Notes: generated by a model from the letters alone, not told the origin. A DNA stretch of 64,000 nt from an uncultured Methanosarcinales archaeon (GCA_964428445.1 CAYRYC010000001.1:13704-77703), one strand, 5' to 3'. Numbered from the stretch's first letter, positions 28,318 to 40,299 are shown. Numbers and translations are program-made.

Positions 28318-30504
28318 CTAATCAGAAGAACCAATACTCAAGCCTTTTCGCTGTCGAATTTGCTTCTTAATTTTATCTTGTAGTTCTTCGGGTAATCTTT
28401 CGAAAGCCTGATCAACAACAGAAGATGATCCTCTACCACCAGTCGCACTTCGCAATTCACTTGAAAGACCAAACATTTCAGCCACAGGAAGTTTTCCTTT
28501 AACAGAAACCATAACTCCTTTCTGTTCCATATCTAGAAGTTGTCCTCTCTTATTATTAATAAGTTTAGAAATTTCTCCCATATATTCTTCAGGTGCTTCG
28601 AATAGTAATGTTTGTACTGGTTCGAAAAGGAAAGGTTTAGCTTGATTCATAGCTGATCGAATACCTTCTCTAACTGCAGGATATAACTGAGCCGGACCAC
28701 GGTGAATTGCATCTTCGTGAAGTTTTACATCATCAAGAGTTACTTTCATACCAACAACTGGTTCTCCAGCAATACCTCCTGATCGGCAAACATCTTCAAA
28801 CATGTCAAGAACCATTTCCATGATTTCTCCAATATGAACAATACCACGAGTTCCATCGATAAAAATGTTACCTTCGTAAACATCTCTAATTTTATCTGCA
28901 ACTTTTGTTTCCATTCCTGAATCAATAAAGTGTTGACGAAATTCAAGATCTTTTTTCTTAACTCTTCCTTGATGGATTAATCCTGATTTGATTTTAACTC
29001 CAATTTCTGGTTCCAAAGGTTCAACGTAGAAGTATAGTCTGTTGTGTTTGTTAGGAGATTTTCCTTCAGCAGCCACTGTGTTTTTAGAAGTTATTGTTTC
29101 TCTATATACAACAACAGGCGGACTTGTTTTTACCTGAACGTTTTTCTCTTTAACAATTCTGTTTTCAATAATTTCTAAGTGAAGCTCACCCATTCCACTC
29201 ATCAAGTGTTCTCCAGTTTCCTGGTTTAATGTAATGTGGATTGATGGATCTTCTTTTGAAACTTGAACTAAAACTTCAACAAGTTTTGGAAGATCAGATG
29301 GTTTTAATGCTTCAATAGCTTTTGTAATTACTGGATCGAAAATGTGTTGAAGATTTTCAAAAGGTTGAACGTCGTGTCCTTCTAAAGAAACTGTTTCCCC
29401 TGGGAAAGCTCCTTTCAGACCACCAACACCAATAATGTTTCCTGCTGGAACATGATCAACGATTTCTTTCTTTGCACCATTGTAAATGTAAATCTGTTGT
29501 GATCGAAGATTAACATTTGCTTTATGTAAATAAACATTAAGTCCTTTACTCATAGTACCAGAATATAATCTTCCCATACAAATTTCTCCTGCTTGAGGAT
29601 CAACGACAACTTTTGTTACAACAAACATTAGTTCTCCTTTTGGATTTGCAGTTAAAAGATCTTGACCGCACTTACTTTCTTTATCTCCATACCAGAATTT
29701 TTCAATTCTATATGCTGCTGCTTGAAGAGGAGTTGGATGATGTACAACGGAAGCACCAAGAAGTACTTCATGAAGTGGAGCAAGTTTTCCAAGTTTTTTC
29801 CAAGCATCGTCTTCGCCGCTTGTATAAGCATCGATAACTTCTTTGAAAGAAACTCCTTTTTCCTTCATATAAGGAATACTTAATGCCCAGTTGTGGAAAG
29901 CAGAACCGAAACATACGCTTCCGTCTTGAACATTAACTTGCCATTTTTCACCATAACCATCTTCTGCAATGTCCATGATTAATTTATTCACATTTGCAAT
30001 TGTTTTTGTGAATCTTTCCATCATTGCTTCAGGAGTTAATTGTAATTCTTTGATTAATCGATCAGTTTTGTTAATAAAAAGAAGAGGTTTAACTCTTTCT
30101 CTAAGTGCCTGTCTAAGAACAGTTTCTGTTTGAGGCATAATACCTTCTACTGCGCAACATACAACTACTGCACCGTCAACTGCTCGCATAGCACGAGTAA
30201 CGTCTCCACCGAAATCAACGTGTCCCGGAGTATCAATTAGATTGATTAAATATTCTTTATTACCTACTGTGTGAACCATGGAAACCGCTGCGGAGTCAAT
30301 TGTGATTCCTCGCTCTGCTTCATCATCGTGAAAGTCAAGAGCAACTGCTTTTCCTGCTAGTTCCTCTGAAAGCATACCTGCACCTGCAAGTAAATTATCA
30401 GAAAGTGTTGTTTTACCGTGATCAATGTGAGCCGCGATTGCAATGTTCCGAATAAGTTCTGGATTCTGCATCGCCGCTGTTACTCTATCTACCATTTTTG
30501 CCAT
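28318..30504 (-). CDS. fusA: translation elongation factor 2 (aEF-2)
   Basis: IRNIAIAAHIDHGKTTLSDNLLAGAGM; diphthamide-site region HEDAIHRGPAQ. 728 aa. Confidence 0.9.
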   Translation of the reverse strand: MAKMVDRVTAAMQNPELIRNIAIAAHIDHGKTTLSDNLLAGAGMLSEELAGKAVALDFHDDEAERGITIDSAAVSMVHTVGNKEYLINLIDTPGHVDFGGDVTRAMRAVDGAVVVCCAVEGIMPQTETVLRQALRERVKPLLFINKTDRLIKELQLTPEAMMERFTKTIANVNKLIMDIAEDGYGEKWQVNVQDGSVCFGSAFHNWALSIPYMKEKGVSFKEVIDAYTSGEDDAWKKLGKLAPLHEVLLGASVVHHPTPLQAAAYRIEKFWYGDKESKCGQDLLTANPKGELMFVVTKVVVDPQAGEICMGRLYSGTMSKGLNVYLHKANVNLRSQQIYIYNGAKKEIVDHVPAGNIIGVGGLKGAFPGETVSLEGHDVQPFENLQHIFDPVITKAIEALKPSDLPKLVEVLVQVSKEDPSIHITLNQETGEHLMSGMGELHLEIIENRIVKEKNVQVKTSPPVVVYRETITSKNTVAAEGKSPNKHNRLYFYVEPLEPEIGVKIKSGLIHQGRVKKKDLEFRQHFIDSGMETKVADKIRDVYEGNIFIDGTRGIVHIGEIMEMVLDMFEDVCRSGGIAGEPVVGMKVTLDDVKLHEDAIHRGPAQLYPAVREGIRSAMNQAKPFLFEPVQTLLFEAPEEYMGEISKLINNKRGQLLDMEQKGVMVSVKGKLPVAEMFGLSSELRSATGGRGSSSVVDQAFERLPEELQDKIKKQIRQRKGLSIGSSD

Positions 30505-30510
30505 TTTTTA

Positions 30511-30557
30511 ATACCTCGATTTTATGAGAGGTCCCGTAAAGCTACGCTTTAAGGACA
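30511..30557 (-). promoter_or_regulatory. conserved 5'-leader element of the EF-2 gene: 10-bp interrupted stem-loop followed by a hairpin pairing ACCUC with the GAGGU Shine-Dalgarno
   Basis: mRNA sense: UGUCCUUAAAGCGUAGCUUUACGGGACCUCUCAUAAAAUCGAGGUAUUAAAAA-AUG. A second copy with compensatory changes lies upstream of ndk. Confidence 0.5.
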
Positions 30558-30564
30558 ACCTCAA

Positions 30565-31053
30565 TTATTGTGTGTGTGCTTCATGCACGACATCGTATGA
30601 ATGTAATTCTTCTTTAGTAAACCAAAGATTTAATTCCATTTCTGCTTCTTCAGGATTAGCTGAAGAGTGAACTAAATTACCTACTGTTTTATCATTAGCA
30701 TTAGCATAAGCTTTACTAATATGACAATAGTCTCCTCTAATTGTCCCTGGTATAGCATCATTAGGATAAGTGCTACCAACTAATTTTCTAACAAGAGAAA
30801 TTGAATCAACTCCTTCTAAACAGAAAGCAATAACAGGACCAGATTTTAAATAATCCGCATTAATTCTAAACACTTTTTCACCATGTCGCTCAGCAACATC
30901 ATAATAGTGTTTTTTTGCAAGTTCCTCATTAGCCCAAACCATCTTACTAGCGACTATTTTAAGACCAACATCTTCAAATCTTTGAAGGATTTTTCCGACC
31001 AGTGCTCGTTTAACAGCATCAGGCTTCATGAATATTAATGTTCGTTGAATCAT
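30565..31053 (-). CDS. ndk: nucleoside diphosphate kinase
   Basis: MIQRTLIFMKPDAVKRALVGKILQRFE...NLVHSSANPEEAEMELNLWF is an NDK fold sequence. 162 aa. Confidence 0.85.
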   Translation of the reverse strand: MIQRTLIFMKPDAVKRALVGKILQRFEDVGLKIVASKMVWANEELAKKHYYDVAERHGEKVFRINADYLKSGPVIAFCLEGVDSISLVRKLVGSTYPNDAIPGTIRGDYCHISKAYANANDKTVGNLVHSSANPEEAEMELNLWFTKEELHSYDVVHEAHTQ

Positions 31054-31061
31054 TCTTTTTT

Positions 31062-31106
31062 AACCTCAAATTTATTCGAGGTCCGTTAAAGTTTACTTTA
31101 AGGACA
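31062..31106 (-). promoter_or_regulatory. conserved 5'-leader element of ndk (second copy of stem-loop plus SD-sequestering hairpin)
   Basis: mRNA sense: UGUCCUUAAAGUAAACUUUAACGGACCUCGAAUAAAUUUGAGGUUAAAAAAGA-AUG. Copy 1 has UAAAGC/GCUUUA where copy 2 has UAAAGU/ACUUUA, which is covariation. Confidence 0.5.
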
Positions 31107-31149
31107 GCTCAAATATAATAATAATAATAATAAATTAAAATAAAAAAAA

Positions 31150-31338
31150 TTATTTTTTGCTCTTCTTCAAACTGTTAAACAAATTAGTCCAAGGAGTAAT
31201 ACGATTTTTGTATCCTCTTTTGATCTGCATGTTTTGACATTTTGATGAACAAAAGTTAAAGACAGTACCGTCTTTTTTGACGTACATTTTTCCAGTTCCT
31301 TTTTGGATACTTTTTCCACAAAAACTACAGTCAACCAT
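31150..31338 (-). CDS. rpl24e: 50S ribosomal protein L24e
   Basis: MVDCSFCGKSIQKGTGKMYVKKDGTVFNFCSSKCQ is the L24e zinc-ribbon. Confidence 0.85.
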   Translation of the reverse strand: MVDCSFCGKSIQKGTGKMYVKKDGTVFNFCSSKCQNMQIKRGYKNRITPWTNLFNSLKKSKK

Positions 31339-31339
31339 T

Positions 31340-31612
31340 TTACATACCTCGACCAGACTTGTTTAAAGGTCTAGCTTCAATTTCAGTTTCTCGTAACATT
31401 AATGTGTCTCCAATTTGGATTGGACCTCGAACATTTCTTCGAAGAATTTTATTTTTATCTCTTCCATCTAAAACCTTGCATCGAACTTGGATAACTTCTC
31501 CTCTAGTTCCTGTCCGTCCAACAATTTCTTCAACTGTTGCAGGGATAGCTACTACGAATAAAGAAGAACTTCCAGTATCTTTGCCAGATCTTTTTGATTT
31601 TGGTTCAGCCAC
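31340..31612 (-). CDS. rps28e: 30S ribosomal protein S28e
   Basis: EVIQVRCKVLDGRDKNKILRRNVRGPIQIGDTLMLRETEIEARPL is an S28e signature. Confidence 0.85.
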   Translation of the reverse strand: MAEPKSKRSGKDTGSSSLFVVAIPATVEEIVGRTGTRGEVIQVRCKVLDGRDKNKILRRNVRGPIQIGDTLMLRETEIEARPLNKSGRGM

Positions 31613-31627
31613 TCTTGATCGCCTCTA

Positions 31628-31954
31628 TTACTCCACTTTTGGTTCTTCAGTAGAAAATGCAGCAATAAGATTTTTTGCATCTCCTGCGTCCATAACAGCA
31701 ACAGCAACAGTTGGTACACCAATACCGGCAGCAGTTCCTAGCTCTTCTCTAGATGAGACAACAGCGCATGGAATGCCTTTTTCTTTCGCTAAAAGAGGAA
31801 TGTGCATGATTATTTCTTTAGGGGAAACATCTTCTGCTACTGCAACAAATACAGCTTTGCCTCTTTCGATAGCCTTTGTAACTTCATTAGCTCCTTTTTT
31901 AAGAGCTCCAGATTTTTTTGCAATTTCGATTATTTCAAATGCTTGTTCACTCAT
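31628..31954 (-). CDS. rpl7ae: 50S ribosomal protein L7Ae (K-turn binding)
   Basis: MSEQAFEIIEIAKKSGALKKGANEVTKAIERGKAVFVAVAEDVSP. GAGGT Shine-Dalgarno site 9 nt upstream of this ATG. The track start is a TTG 9 nt further upstream. Confidence 0.85.
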   Translation of the reverse strand: MSEQAFEIIEIAKKSGALKKGANEVTKAIERGKAVFVAVAEDVSPKEIIMHIPLLAKEKGIPCAVVSSREELGTAAGIGVPTVAVAVMDAGDAKNLIAAFSTEEPKVE

Positions 31955-32184
31955 GGTGTTCAAACCTCGTTTATTTTTTTGTTTTAAGAAATGGGAATAG
32001 AACTCAGAAAAAGACCTAAAGGACTTTTACTAAATTAGTCGATGCGAACATCGATAATTATCCCACAATTCCTCAATCAGATATCTTAGATTGCTAAGAC
32101 ATCTTCATTTATCACAGGTAACTGTGTAGGCGATAGAAACAGCCAATCGTTTATAAATATATTCTTTAATAGTATACAAGAACA

Positions 32185-32194
32185 TTTATAAATA
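32185..32194 (+). promoter_or_regulatory. TATA box ~25 nt upstream of prepilin peptidase ATG
   Basis: tttataaata; ATG at 32215. Confidence 0.4.
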
Positions 32195-32214
32195 ATCCTG
32201 GCCTGGTTTGCACT

Positions 32215-33462
32215 ATGGTGAGTGTTATTCCTTTCTGGCTTATTCATACAATTGCGTTAGCAATACTTGTAACTGCAAGCGCGGTAGACTTGAGAAAGCG
32301 AGAAGTTCCTGATTTACTAAATTATTCTCTGGTTGCTATAGGAATAATTCTAGCTGTTATCAGCAGCGTTTATTCTCACAGCATTTGGCCTTTTGTTGCT
32401 AGTATTATAGGAGTAGTTCTTGGTTATTCTATAGGTGCAGTAATGTTTTACTCCGGTCAGTGGGGAGGTGGCGATGCAAAAATGCTTATGGGACTTGGAG
32501 CATTACTAGGTTTTGACATATATGCATCAATAGAAAAAGGAATAGAAACAGTTGCTAGTTCATTATTTGTAAATGTCTTTGTTGCAATTTTAATTGCAGG
32601 AGTCGTTTATGGATTAATATATTTATTATATCTTATTATCAAAAAATGGAAAACATTTCGTAAACATCTTAAAATAAAATTAAACACAAAAGAAATGATT
32701 CACAAAAGATGGACGGTGATGATTACGGTGTCAATAGGAATCATCATGTGTTTTTTAATCGCAGATCCATTCACAAAAATAATTGTTGCTTCTCTTGCAG
32801 GATTAATATTCATAGGATTCTATATGTTTACATATATTAAAGTTGTCGAACACCATTTATTGACAGGCCCTATGAAAATAGTAGAAATAACTCCAGGAGA
32901 ATGGCTTAGTAAAGATCTATTTGTAAAAGCAAAAGAACAATCACCCGTAAAAAGCATAAAACAAAATATGGCTCTATATTATGTAAAAGAAGGACCTAGA
33001 ACTGCAAAAAAGAAAACAACATTCATTAACAGAAAAACAAAAGAACTCATTAAAAAAATTGTTTTTGAAACATACGGTAAAGGAAAATTTTCTTTCTTTA
33101 GAAAAATAAAACTAAAATTAAATAAAAAAACATACGAAGAATTCCGAAAGAAAATTATTTTCGTATTACATTTAGAAACAGAAGAATCTTTTGATAATTA
33201 TGTAAATAAAAATGAACTTCAACATTTAAAAAATATTTTGAAAAAGCACCACTTAGTTTTCAAAAAAAGATTTATTAGCGGACCAAAAGATCTTGGAATT
33301 AATGAAGAACAAATTAAACTTCTAAAAAAATTAAAAACAAGAACCATACTTGTGAAAAAAGGAATTCCTTTTATTCCTGCATTTTTTCTAGCCTACGTCT
33401 TGGTACTTATACTACTTAATTACAGCACAACACCAATTCAAATAATGGCTAGTCTTGTTTAA
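32215..33462 (+). CDS. A24-family prepilin/preflagellin peptidase (PibD/FlaK-like) with long C-terminal extension
   Basis: First catalytic Asp in SAVDLRKREVPDLL (DxxxxxxPD). Second in GGGDAKMLMGLGALLG (GxGDxK). Multiple TM helices. The ~200-aa Lys-rich C-terminal extension is unusual for this family. Confidence 0.65.
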   Translation: MVSVIPFWLIHTIALAILVTASAVDLRKREVPDLLNYSLVAIGIILAVISSVYSHSIWPFVASIIGVVLGYSIGAVMFYSGQWGGGDAKMLMGLGALLGFDIYASIEKGIETVASSLFVNVFVAILIAGVVYGLIYLLYLIIKKWKTFRKHLKIKLNTKEMIHKRWTVMITVSIGIIMCFLIADPFTKIIVASLAGLIFIGFYMFTYIKVVEHHLLTGPMKIVEITPGEWLSKDLFVKAKEQSPVKSIKQNMALYYVKEGPRTAKKKTTFINRKTKELIKKIVFETYGKGKFSFFRKIKLKLNKKTYEEFRKKIIFVLHLETEESFDNYVNKNELQHLKNILKKHHLVFKKRFISGPKDLGINEEQIKLLKKLKTRTILVKKGIPFIPAFFLAYVLVLILLNYSTTPIQIMASLV

Positions 33463-34399
33463 TTTTTTTTATTCTTTCATTTATAGCACGAAGTATTAAT
33501 TCTTTTTTAGTCACATATCTTTTTTTTGGTTCTTTCTTAATATTAGCATCATTTCTATGTATTGCGTCTAAATTTAAAACAACCTTTTTAGGGTCATTAA
33601 CAACTAAACTGTCAATTGAATTTTTTTGTTCAATTACAGAAGTATTTTGTTTTTTTTCTTTTGCATTAGGAAGATAAATAATTTGCTTTTCTACAATCGT
33701 TTCAGGAGTAGATGCAACATAAACTGTGTCTGGCGTTGATGAAATATAAACAGTATCTTTTTCTGAAATAGCATTTGTATTTTGAATAAGATCATTATTA
33801 TAATTACCAAAGTAGTATGCAGAACCTGCAGCACAAGCAGCACCAAACGCCAATACTAAAAAATAATTTCTTATTTTTTTACCAAAGCTTTTTTCTTTTT
33901 TCAAAGGAAAATCAAATACTAAATTCCCATTGTGCTCATACACTGAAGCAGTTTTTATCTTATTTTGTTTAGAAACTTTACTTTTTAAATTTTCAAAAAG
34001 TCGATCTACAGCCCTTTCTCTAAGTTCATACATTCCTACATCAGAAGCCAATGTCATCATTTGTTTTGTTTTATACAATAATTGATCAGGGTTTTCTTGA
34101 TTACTTTCTGAAACAATCCAATTATATAATTTTTCAAAAGTTTTGTTTAAATTTTGGTCTCCTTTTTTCAAAGACATTTGTAATTCATAAAAATTCGATT
34201 TTAAATTTTTATTAGATTCTGAAAAACTAACATTATCAGCAAACCGTCTAATTTTTTCGTACTCAATATATTTTAATCTTCGTTCTGAAAACGAAAGGTC
34301 TTCTACTTCTCGGGAACTTATTGAATTTACTAAAGAAATATCTTTTTCTAAACCATTATTTACATATCTTTCTAACGATGATTGATCCATAATAAACAC
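33449..34399 (-). CDS. single-pass membrane protein, unknown function
   Basis: 316 aa. TM helix NYFLVLAFGAACAAGSAYYFG. C-terminal ectodomain with STPDTVYVASTPETIV repeats. Confidence 0.4.
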   Translation of the reverse strand: MFIMDQSSLERYVNNGLEKDISLVNSISSREVEDLSFSERRLKYIEYEKIRRFADNVSFSESNKNLKSNFYELQMSLKKGDQNLNKTFEKLYNWIVSESNQENPDQLLYKTKQMMTLASDVGMYELRERAVDRLFENLKSKVSKQNKIKTASVYEHNGNLVFDFPLKKEKSFGKKIRNYFLVLAFGAACAAGSAYYFGNYNNDLIQNTNAISEKDTVYISSTPDTVYVASTPETIVEKQIIYLPNAKEKKQNTSVIEQKNSIDSLVVNDPKKVVLNLDAIHRNDANIKKEPKKRYVTKKELILRAINERIKKIKQD

Positions 34400-34457
34400 C
34401 TTAGAATAATATAAGTAATGCTATGCTTTATAGTCTGTGTAAAGAAATACGAAAAAT

Positions 34458-35018
34458 TTACGGAACTCTTCTTAATGATTTAATCATATAATTTTCATCA
34501 TCAGGAACATCGGTTTTTTTAGAACTAGGTGCTTCAGGAATTTTGGAAGGATCTGTTTTTTCAACTTTATCAGGATTTTGTTTTGCCCAAATTTCATAAT
34601 CAATTTTATCTTTGATAGATTTTGCAGCATCTTTAAGATCTTCAGGAGATGCAGGTTTTGGCTCCCATAAAAAATTTAATCCATCATCTTGATACCTAGC
34701 AATAACATGAACAACAAGTTGTTCATCTGATTCATTTAAAATAATATTTGTTCCGTGTGCACCAAGGAATTCGAAAAGTGCAGTCGCAGCATAGGATGCT
34801 CCAAAGAAAAGATGCTCTGTTTCTTCATCGGAAAGATCACTCATGTTTTTTACCTGCTTTATTGGAAGAACTTCTATATGACCTTTAGACATCGGCTTTT
34901 CGCTAAGTCTAATTTGAATAAGAGCGTCTTCAAAGAGTATCCATTTACTCATTTTTAGCCTCCTCTTGTTCTTTTTTGTATTTTTCTGATTCAACAAGTT
35001 TTTCAGAAAGTTTGTCAA
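34458..35018 (-). CDS. HIT-like fold protein (degenerate histidine triad)
   Basis: MSKWILFEDALIQIRLSEKPMSKGHIEVLPIKQV resembles the N-terminal region of HIT proteins. The probable start is the internal Met at 34952. The track ORF overlaps the upstream gene by 74 nt. Confidence 0.35.
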   Translation of the reverse strand: MTNFLKNLLNQKNTKKNKRRLKMSKWILFEDALIQIRLSEKPMSKGHIEVLPIKQVKNMSDLSDEETEHLFFGASYAATALFEFLGAHGTNIILNESDEQLVVHVIARYQDDGLNFLWEPKPASPEDLKDAAKSIKDKIDYEIWAKQNPDKVEKTDPSKIPEAPSSKKTDVPDDENYMIKSLRRVP

Positions 35019-36042
35019 GATTTACATCTTTGAAAAGTTCTTGAATATCAGATCTACCTGCAAGAAGTTCTTTGAATTTTGCAAGATCATGTGTTAACAA
35101 TTCTTTTGCTTTAGGTTTTTCTCCAAAGTAAGCAAAGACTTTTTCTTTTTGAGCATAAGGATCAGAGCCTAAAAAGACTTCAGGTTTTTTATCGGTTTGC
35201 GGAGGAGGAATAGGTGAGCTTACTTGTTCTGATGCAGGTTTTGGAGAAGTTTCTGGAGTTTTCTCTTTTTCTTGTTCAGCCATCACTTTCATTCCCTGTG
35301 AAAGAGAATCAAGATCTACACCTTCAAAAATAGACTTAAGTTGCTCATTAAGAGCGACTTGTTTTTTGAACTCTTCTGGATTGTTAATAAGAAGCTCTTT
35401 AAGTTGAGGATTAGATTCAATTATTTGAGCAATTTGTTCTTTTCTTTGTTCGATTACCTTTTCTGGATTAATTGCAGGAGCCGCTTGTAACGGAGAACTT
35501 GGAAGAGGGACTTTTTGTTTTGCATAGGATTTTCCTTCTCGTTGCGCATGTTTCTGCATCATAAGAGTCATGTTGTTTTTCAGTGAAGCAAACATTGTTT
35601 CTTGATCTGGAAGAAATGCTTCATTAGGAATTACTGAGAAATTATTAAGGCCATCGCCTTCCTCACGTGGAATTACATGAAATAAGAAATGTGCTGCTTG
35701 TTGACCTGCAACCGCGCCATTTGCAATGAATAATGTTGTTTTTGGAACAAGAACTCCTTTCTTTTGACCTATGGAAACCAAACGTGCCGTATGAAATAAT
35801 TTCTTAAATACATTTGGAGGACACACAGGCATAATAGGAACGTGCTCTTTTGGCATAAGTAGAACGTGACCTTTCTTTGCAGGATTAATGTCCAGAATGC
35901 CCATAACATCGTCATCACTAAAAACATTACTTGAAGGAATTTCGCCTTTTACAATCTTACAAAAAGGACAGTTTTGTTTCTGTAATTCTGCAATCTCCTC
36001 AGGAGACATTTTTTCAAGCTCTTCTTGTGTAACCATAGACAA
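34945..36042 (-). CDS. HIT-like domain protein with long Lys/Glu/Pro-rich C-terminal extension
   Basis: CPFCKIVKGEIPSSNVFSDDDVMGILDINPAKKGHVLLMPKEHV...AHFLFHVIPRE is HIT/GalT-like. The last 190 aa are low-complexity. Confidence 0.5.
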   Translation of the reverse strand: MSMVTQEELEKMSPEEIAELQKQNCPFCKIVKGEIPSSNVFSDDDVMGILDINPAKKGHVLLMPKEHVPIMPVCPPNVFKKLFHTARLVSIGQKKGVLVPKTTLFIANGAVAGQQAAHFLFHVIPREEGDGLNNFSVIPNEAFLPDQETMFASLKNNMTLMMQKHAQREGKSYAKQKVPLPSSPLQAAPAINPEKVIEQRKEQIAQIIESNPQLKELLINNPEEFKKQVALNEQLKSIFEGVDLDSLSQGMKVMAEQEKEKTPETSPKPASEQVSSPIPPPQTDKKPEVFLGSDPYAQKEKVFAYFGEKPKAKELLTHDLAKFKELLAGRSDIQELFKDVNLDKLSEKLVESEKYKKEQEEAKNE

Positions 36043-36080
36043 TTTTTTGAGGTTTAATGAGTATATAAAATTTTGTGTAA

Positions 36081-38582
<2,502 letters not shown>

Positions 38583-38588
38583 TTAAAA

Positions 38589-39671
38589 TCACCTTATTAA
38601 TTTGACTATTCCTTTATTTGCATCAACTTCTACAAGATCACCATCTTTTAATAGAGTGGTAGCATTACCAGTTCCGACAATGCAAGGTATTCCTAACTCT
38701 CTGGAAACAATTGCGGCATGGGAAAGTAAACCTCCTTGATTAGTAATAATAGCAGCGGCTTTTTTACAAGCAACGAATAGTTCTGGAGAAGTTGTTTCTG
38801 CTACCAATATTTCTCCTTCTTTCATTTTATTAATCAATTCTTTAACAACATCAAAATTGTTGTAGCCATAAACAAAAAGATTTACATTTCCTCTAACAAG
38901 TCCTTTGTTAGCAGGAGTTCCTTTTACAACAAAAATTTCTTTTACAAGAGGACATTCTTGCCCTTTGAATGAGGCAATTTGTTTTTTTGCATCCACACCT
39001 ATAAGGACTGTTTTATTTTTTTCAAAAGATGTAAAGTATGCTTGTTTTCTTCTAAACAGAATAGATTCTTTTACTTCTTTATCATTAAACAGAGCAAGTA
39101 ATTCTTCGTGAGTATATTGTTGTAATAAATCAAAATTTATCTCGAACTTTTCACTTAGTTGATTTAGACATCTGTTAATATAACTTTGATTTCCAAAAAA
39201 GACTTTATTCAGATCTTCTCTCCGAGCGTTCTTCATATTTGCTAAACTGGACAAGTTTGTTTTTGTTATTTCGCAATCTTTTTTGAAGGCTCGATCTACA
39301 TAAAAAAATTCTGTCTTAATATAGTAGGTATGAAATAAAACAATATAATTGAGAAATTTTTCTAGATTAGCTTTAGAAATATCCTTGGAAAAAAACGATT
39401 CAATAAATTCATTAAACTCAGTTACATAATTATCAAACTCATTCACATAGTTCGAAAATAATCTAGGAGACGATAATAACCTTACACCATAATCTAATGT
39501 CTTATCAACAACAGAGCGAGGTAAATAGCCAATCCAATCTGTCCCATCAAAAAGAAAAACAGCATTAAGATTGGAATAATTTTTCACTAAAGTATCATTA
39601 ACAAAAAAAGGCATTCCTCCTACTTCAAACAAACGTTGATAGTCAAGAATAGTTTTTTTCTTAAACAACAT
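38589..39671 (-). CDS. stand-alone PEP-utilising (phosphohistidine swivel) domain protein with N-terminal substrate-binding-like region; no ATP-grasp domain
   Basis: C-terminus EILVAETTSPELFVACKKAAAIITNQGGLLSHAAIVSRELGIPCIVGTGNATTLLKDGDLVEVDANKGIVKLIR is nearly identical in pattern to the three swivel domains of the 1617-aa protein. Confidence 0.65.
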   Translation of the reverse strand: MLFKKKTILDYQRLFEVGGMPFFVNDTLVKNYSNLNAVFLFDGTDWIGYLPRSVVDKTLDYGVRLLSSPRLFSNYVNEFDNYVTEFNEFIESFFSKDISKANLEKFLNYIVLFHTYYIKTEFFYVDRAFKKDCEITKTNLSSLANMKNARREDLNKVFFGNQSYINRCLNQLSEKFEINFDLLQQYTHEELLALFNDKEVKESILFRRKQAYFTSFEKNKTVLIGVDAKKQIASFKGQECPLVKEIFVVKGTPANKGLVRGNVNLFVYGYNNFDVVKELINKMKEGEILVAETTSPELFVACKKAAAIITNQGGLLSHAAIVSRELGIPCIVGTGNATTLLKDGDLVEVDANKGIVKLIR

Positions 39672-39672
39672 T

Positions 39673-40299
39673 TTATTTCACCAATTTATCTAACGCCTTA
39701 GGAACAAAGTAACAAATTTGTTCTACTGCTTTTTCATATTCTTTCAAACCTAAACCATATGCATTGGGGATCGTGTCGTCCGGATTACCGGTAACAAATG
39801 AAGCTAAAGATGAAATTAAAGGTTTTTCTGATATATTATCATATATAGAAATTACTTGTTTGTTGTTAGATTCAGCCATAGAAAAAACTGCTAAAGCATC
39901 TGCATGTACAATAGTTTGATCTTGTTTAGATTTCACTTGCCCTTTAATATTAAATTTTTTTAGAACTTGTTCTCTATGGTGGAGCTCTTCATTAGCAAAA
40001 TATGAAACGGCTTCATTAAATAAACTTGTAACAAAAGCAAGATTTTCCTGATTTAAGGCGATTTTATAATCACTACACTTTGAAGGAGAATATATCTTTC
40101 TCTCTATTCCTAAATCAACAATAGAACTTTGTACACTTAAAGGAATAGCTCCTGTTTTAGATAAAGCTACTAAAGTTCCACTTGAGCGAGTTCCATAATC
40201 TAGTTTTTGTTTAAGTAAATAATTTTGTCCTACAAGCTCGGCCACAGGAGATCTTCCTTGATTTCCTGTACAAACGAATTCTATCATATTTTTAATCAT
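39673..40299 (-). CDS. low-molecular-weight protein-tyrosine phosphatase / ArsC-like (CX5R) protein
   Basis: MIEFVCTGNQGRSPVAE carries the V-C-x5-R P-loop. Its stop lies 2 nt from the start of the swivel gene. AGAGGT Shine-Dalgarno site 8 nt upstream. Confidence 0.65.
   Translation of the reverse strand: MIKNMIEFVCTGNQGRSPVAELVGQNYLLKQKLDYGTRSSGTLVALSKTGAIPLSVQSSIVDLGIERKIYSPSKCSDYKIALNQENLAFVTSLFNEAVSYFANEELHHREQVLKKFNIKGQVKSKQDQTIVHADALAVFSMAESNNKQVISIYDNISEKPLISSLASFVTGNPDDTIPNAYGLGLKEYEKAVEQICYFVPKALDKLVK

Noticed and set aside
31115-31133. (ATA)6 microsatellite upstream of ndk
   Set aside because: It is a trivial simple-sequence repeat in an AT-rich spacer with no further structure.
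31359-32000. 213-aa plus-strand ORF spanning the S28e/L7Ae genes
   Set aside because: It is antisense to two highly conserved ribosomal protein genes, and its composition is low-complexity.
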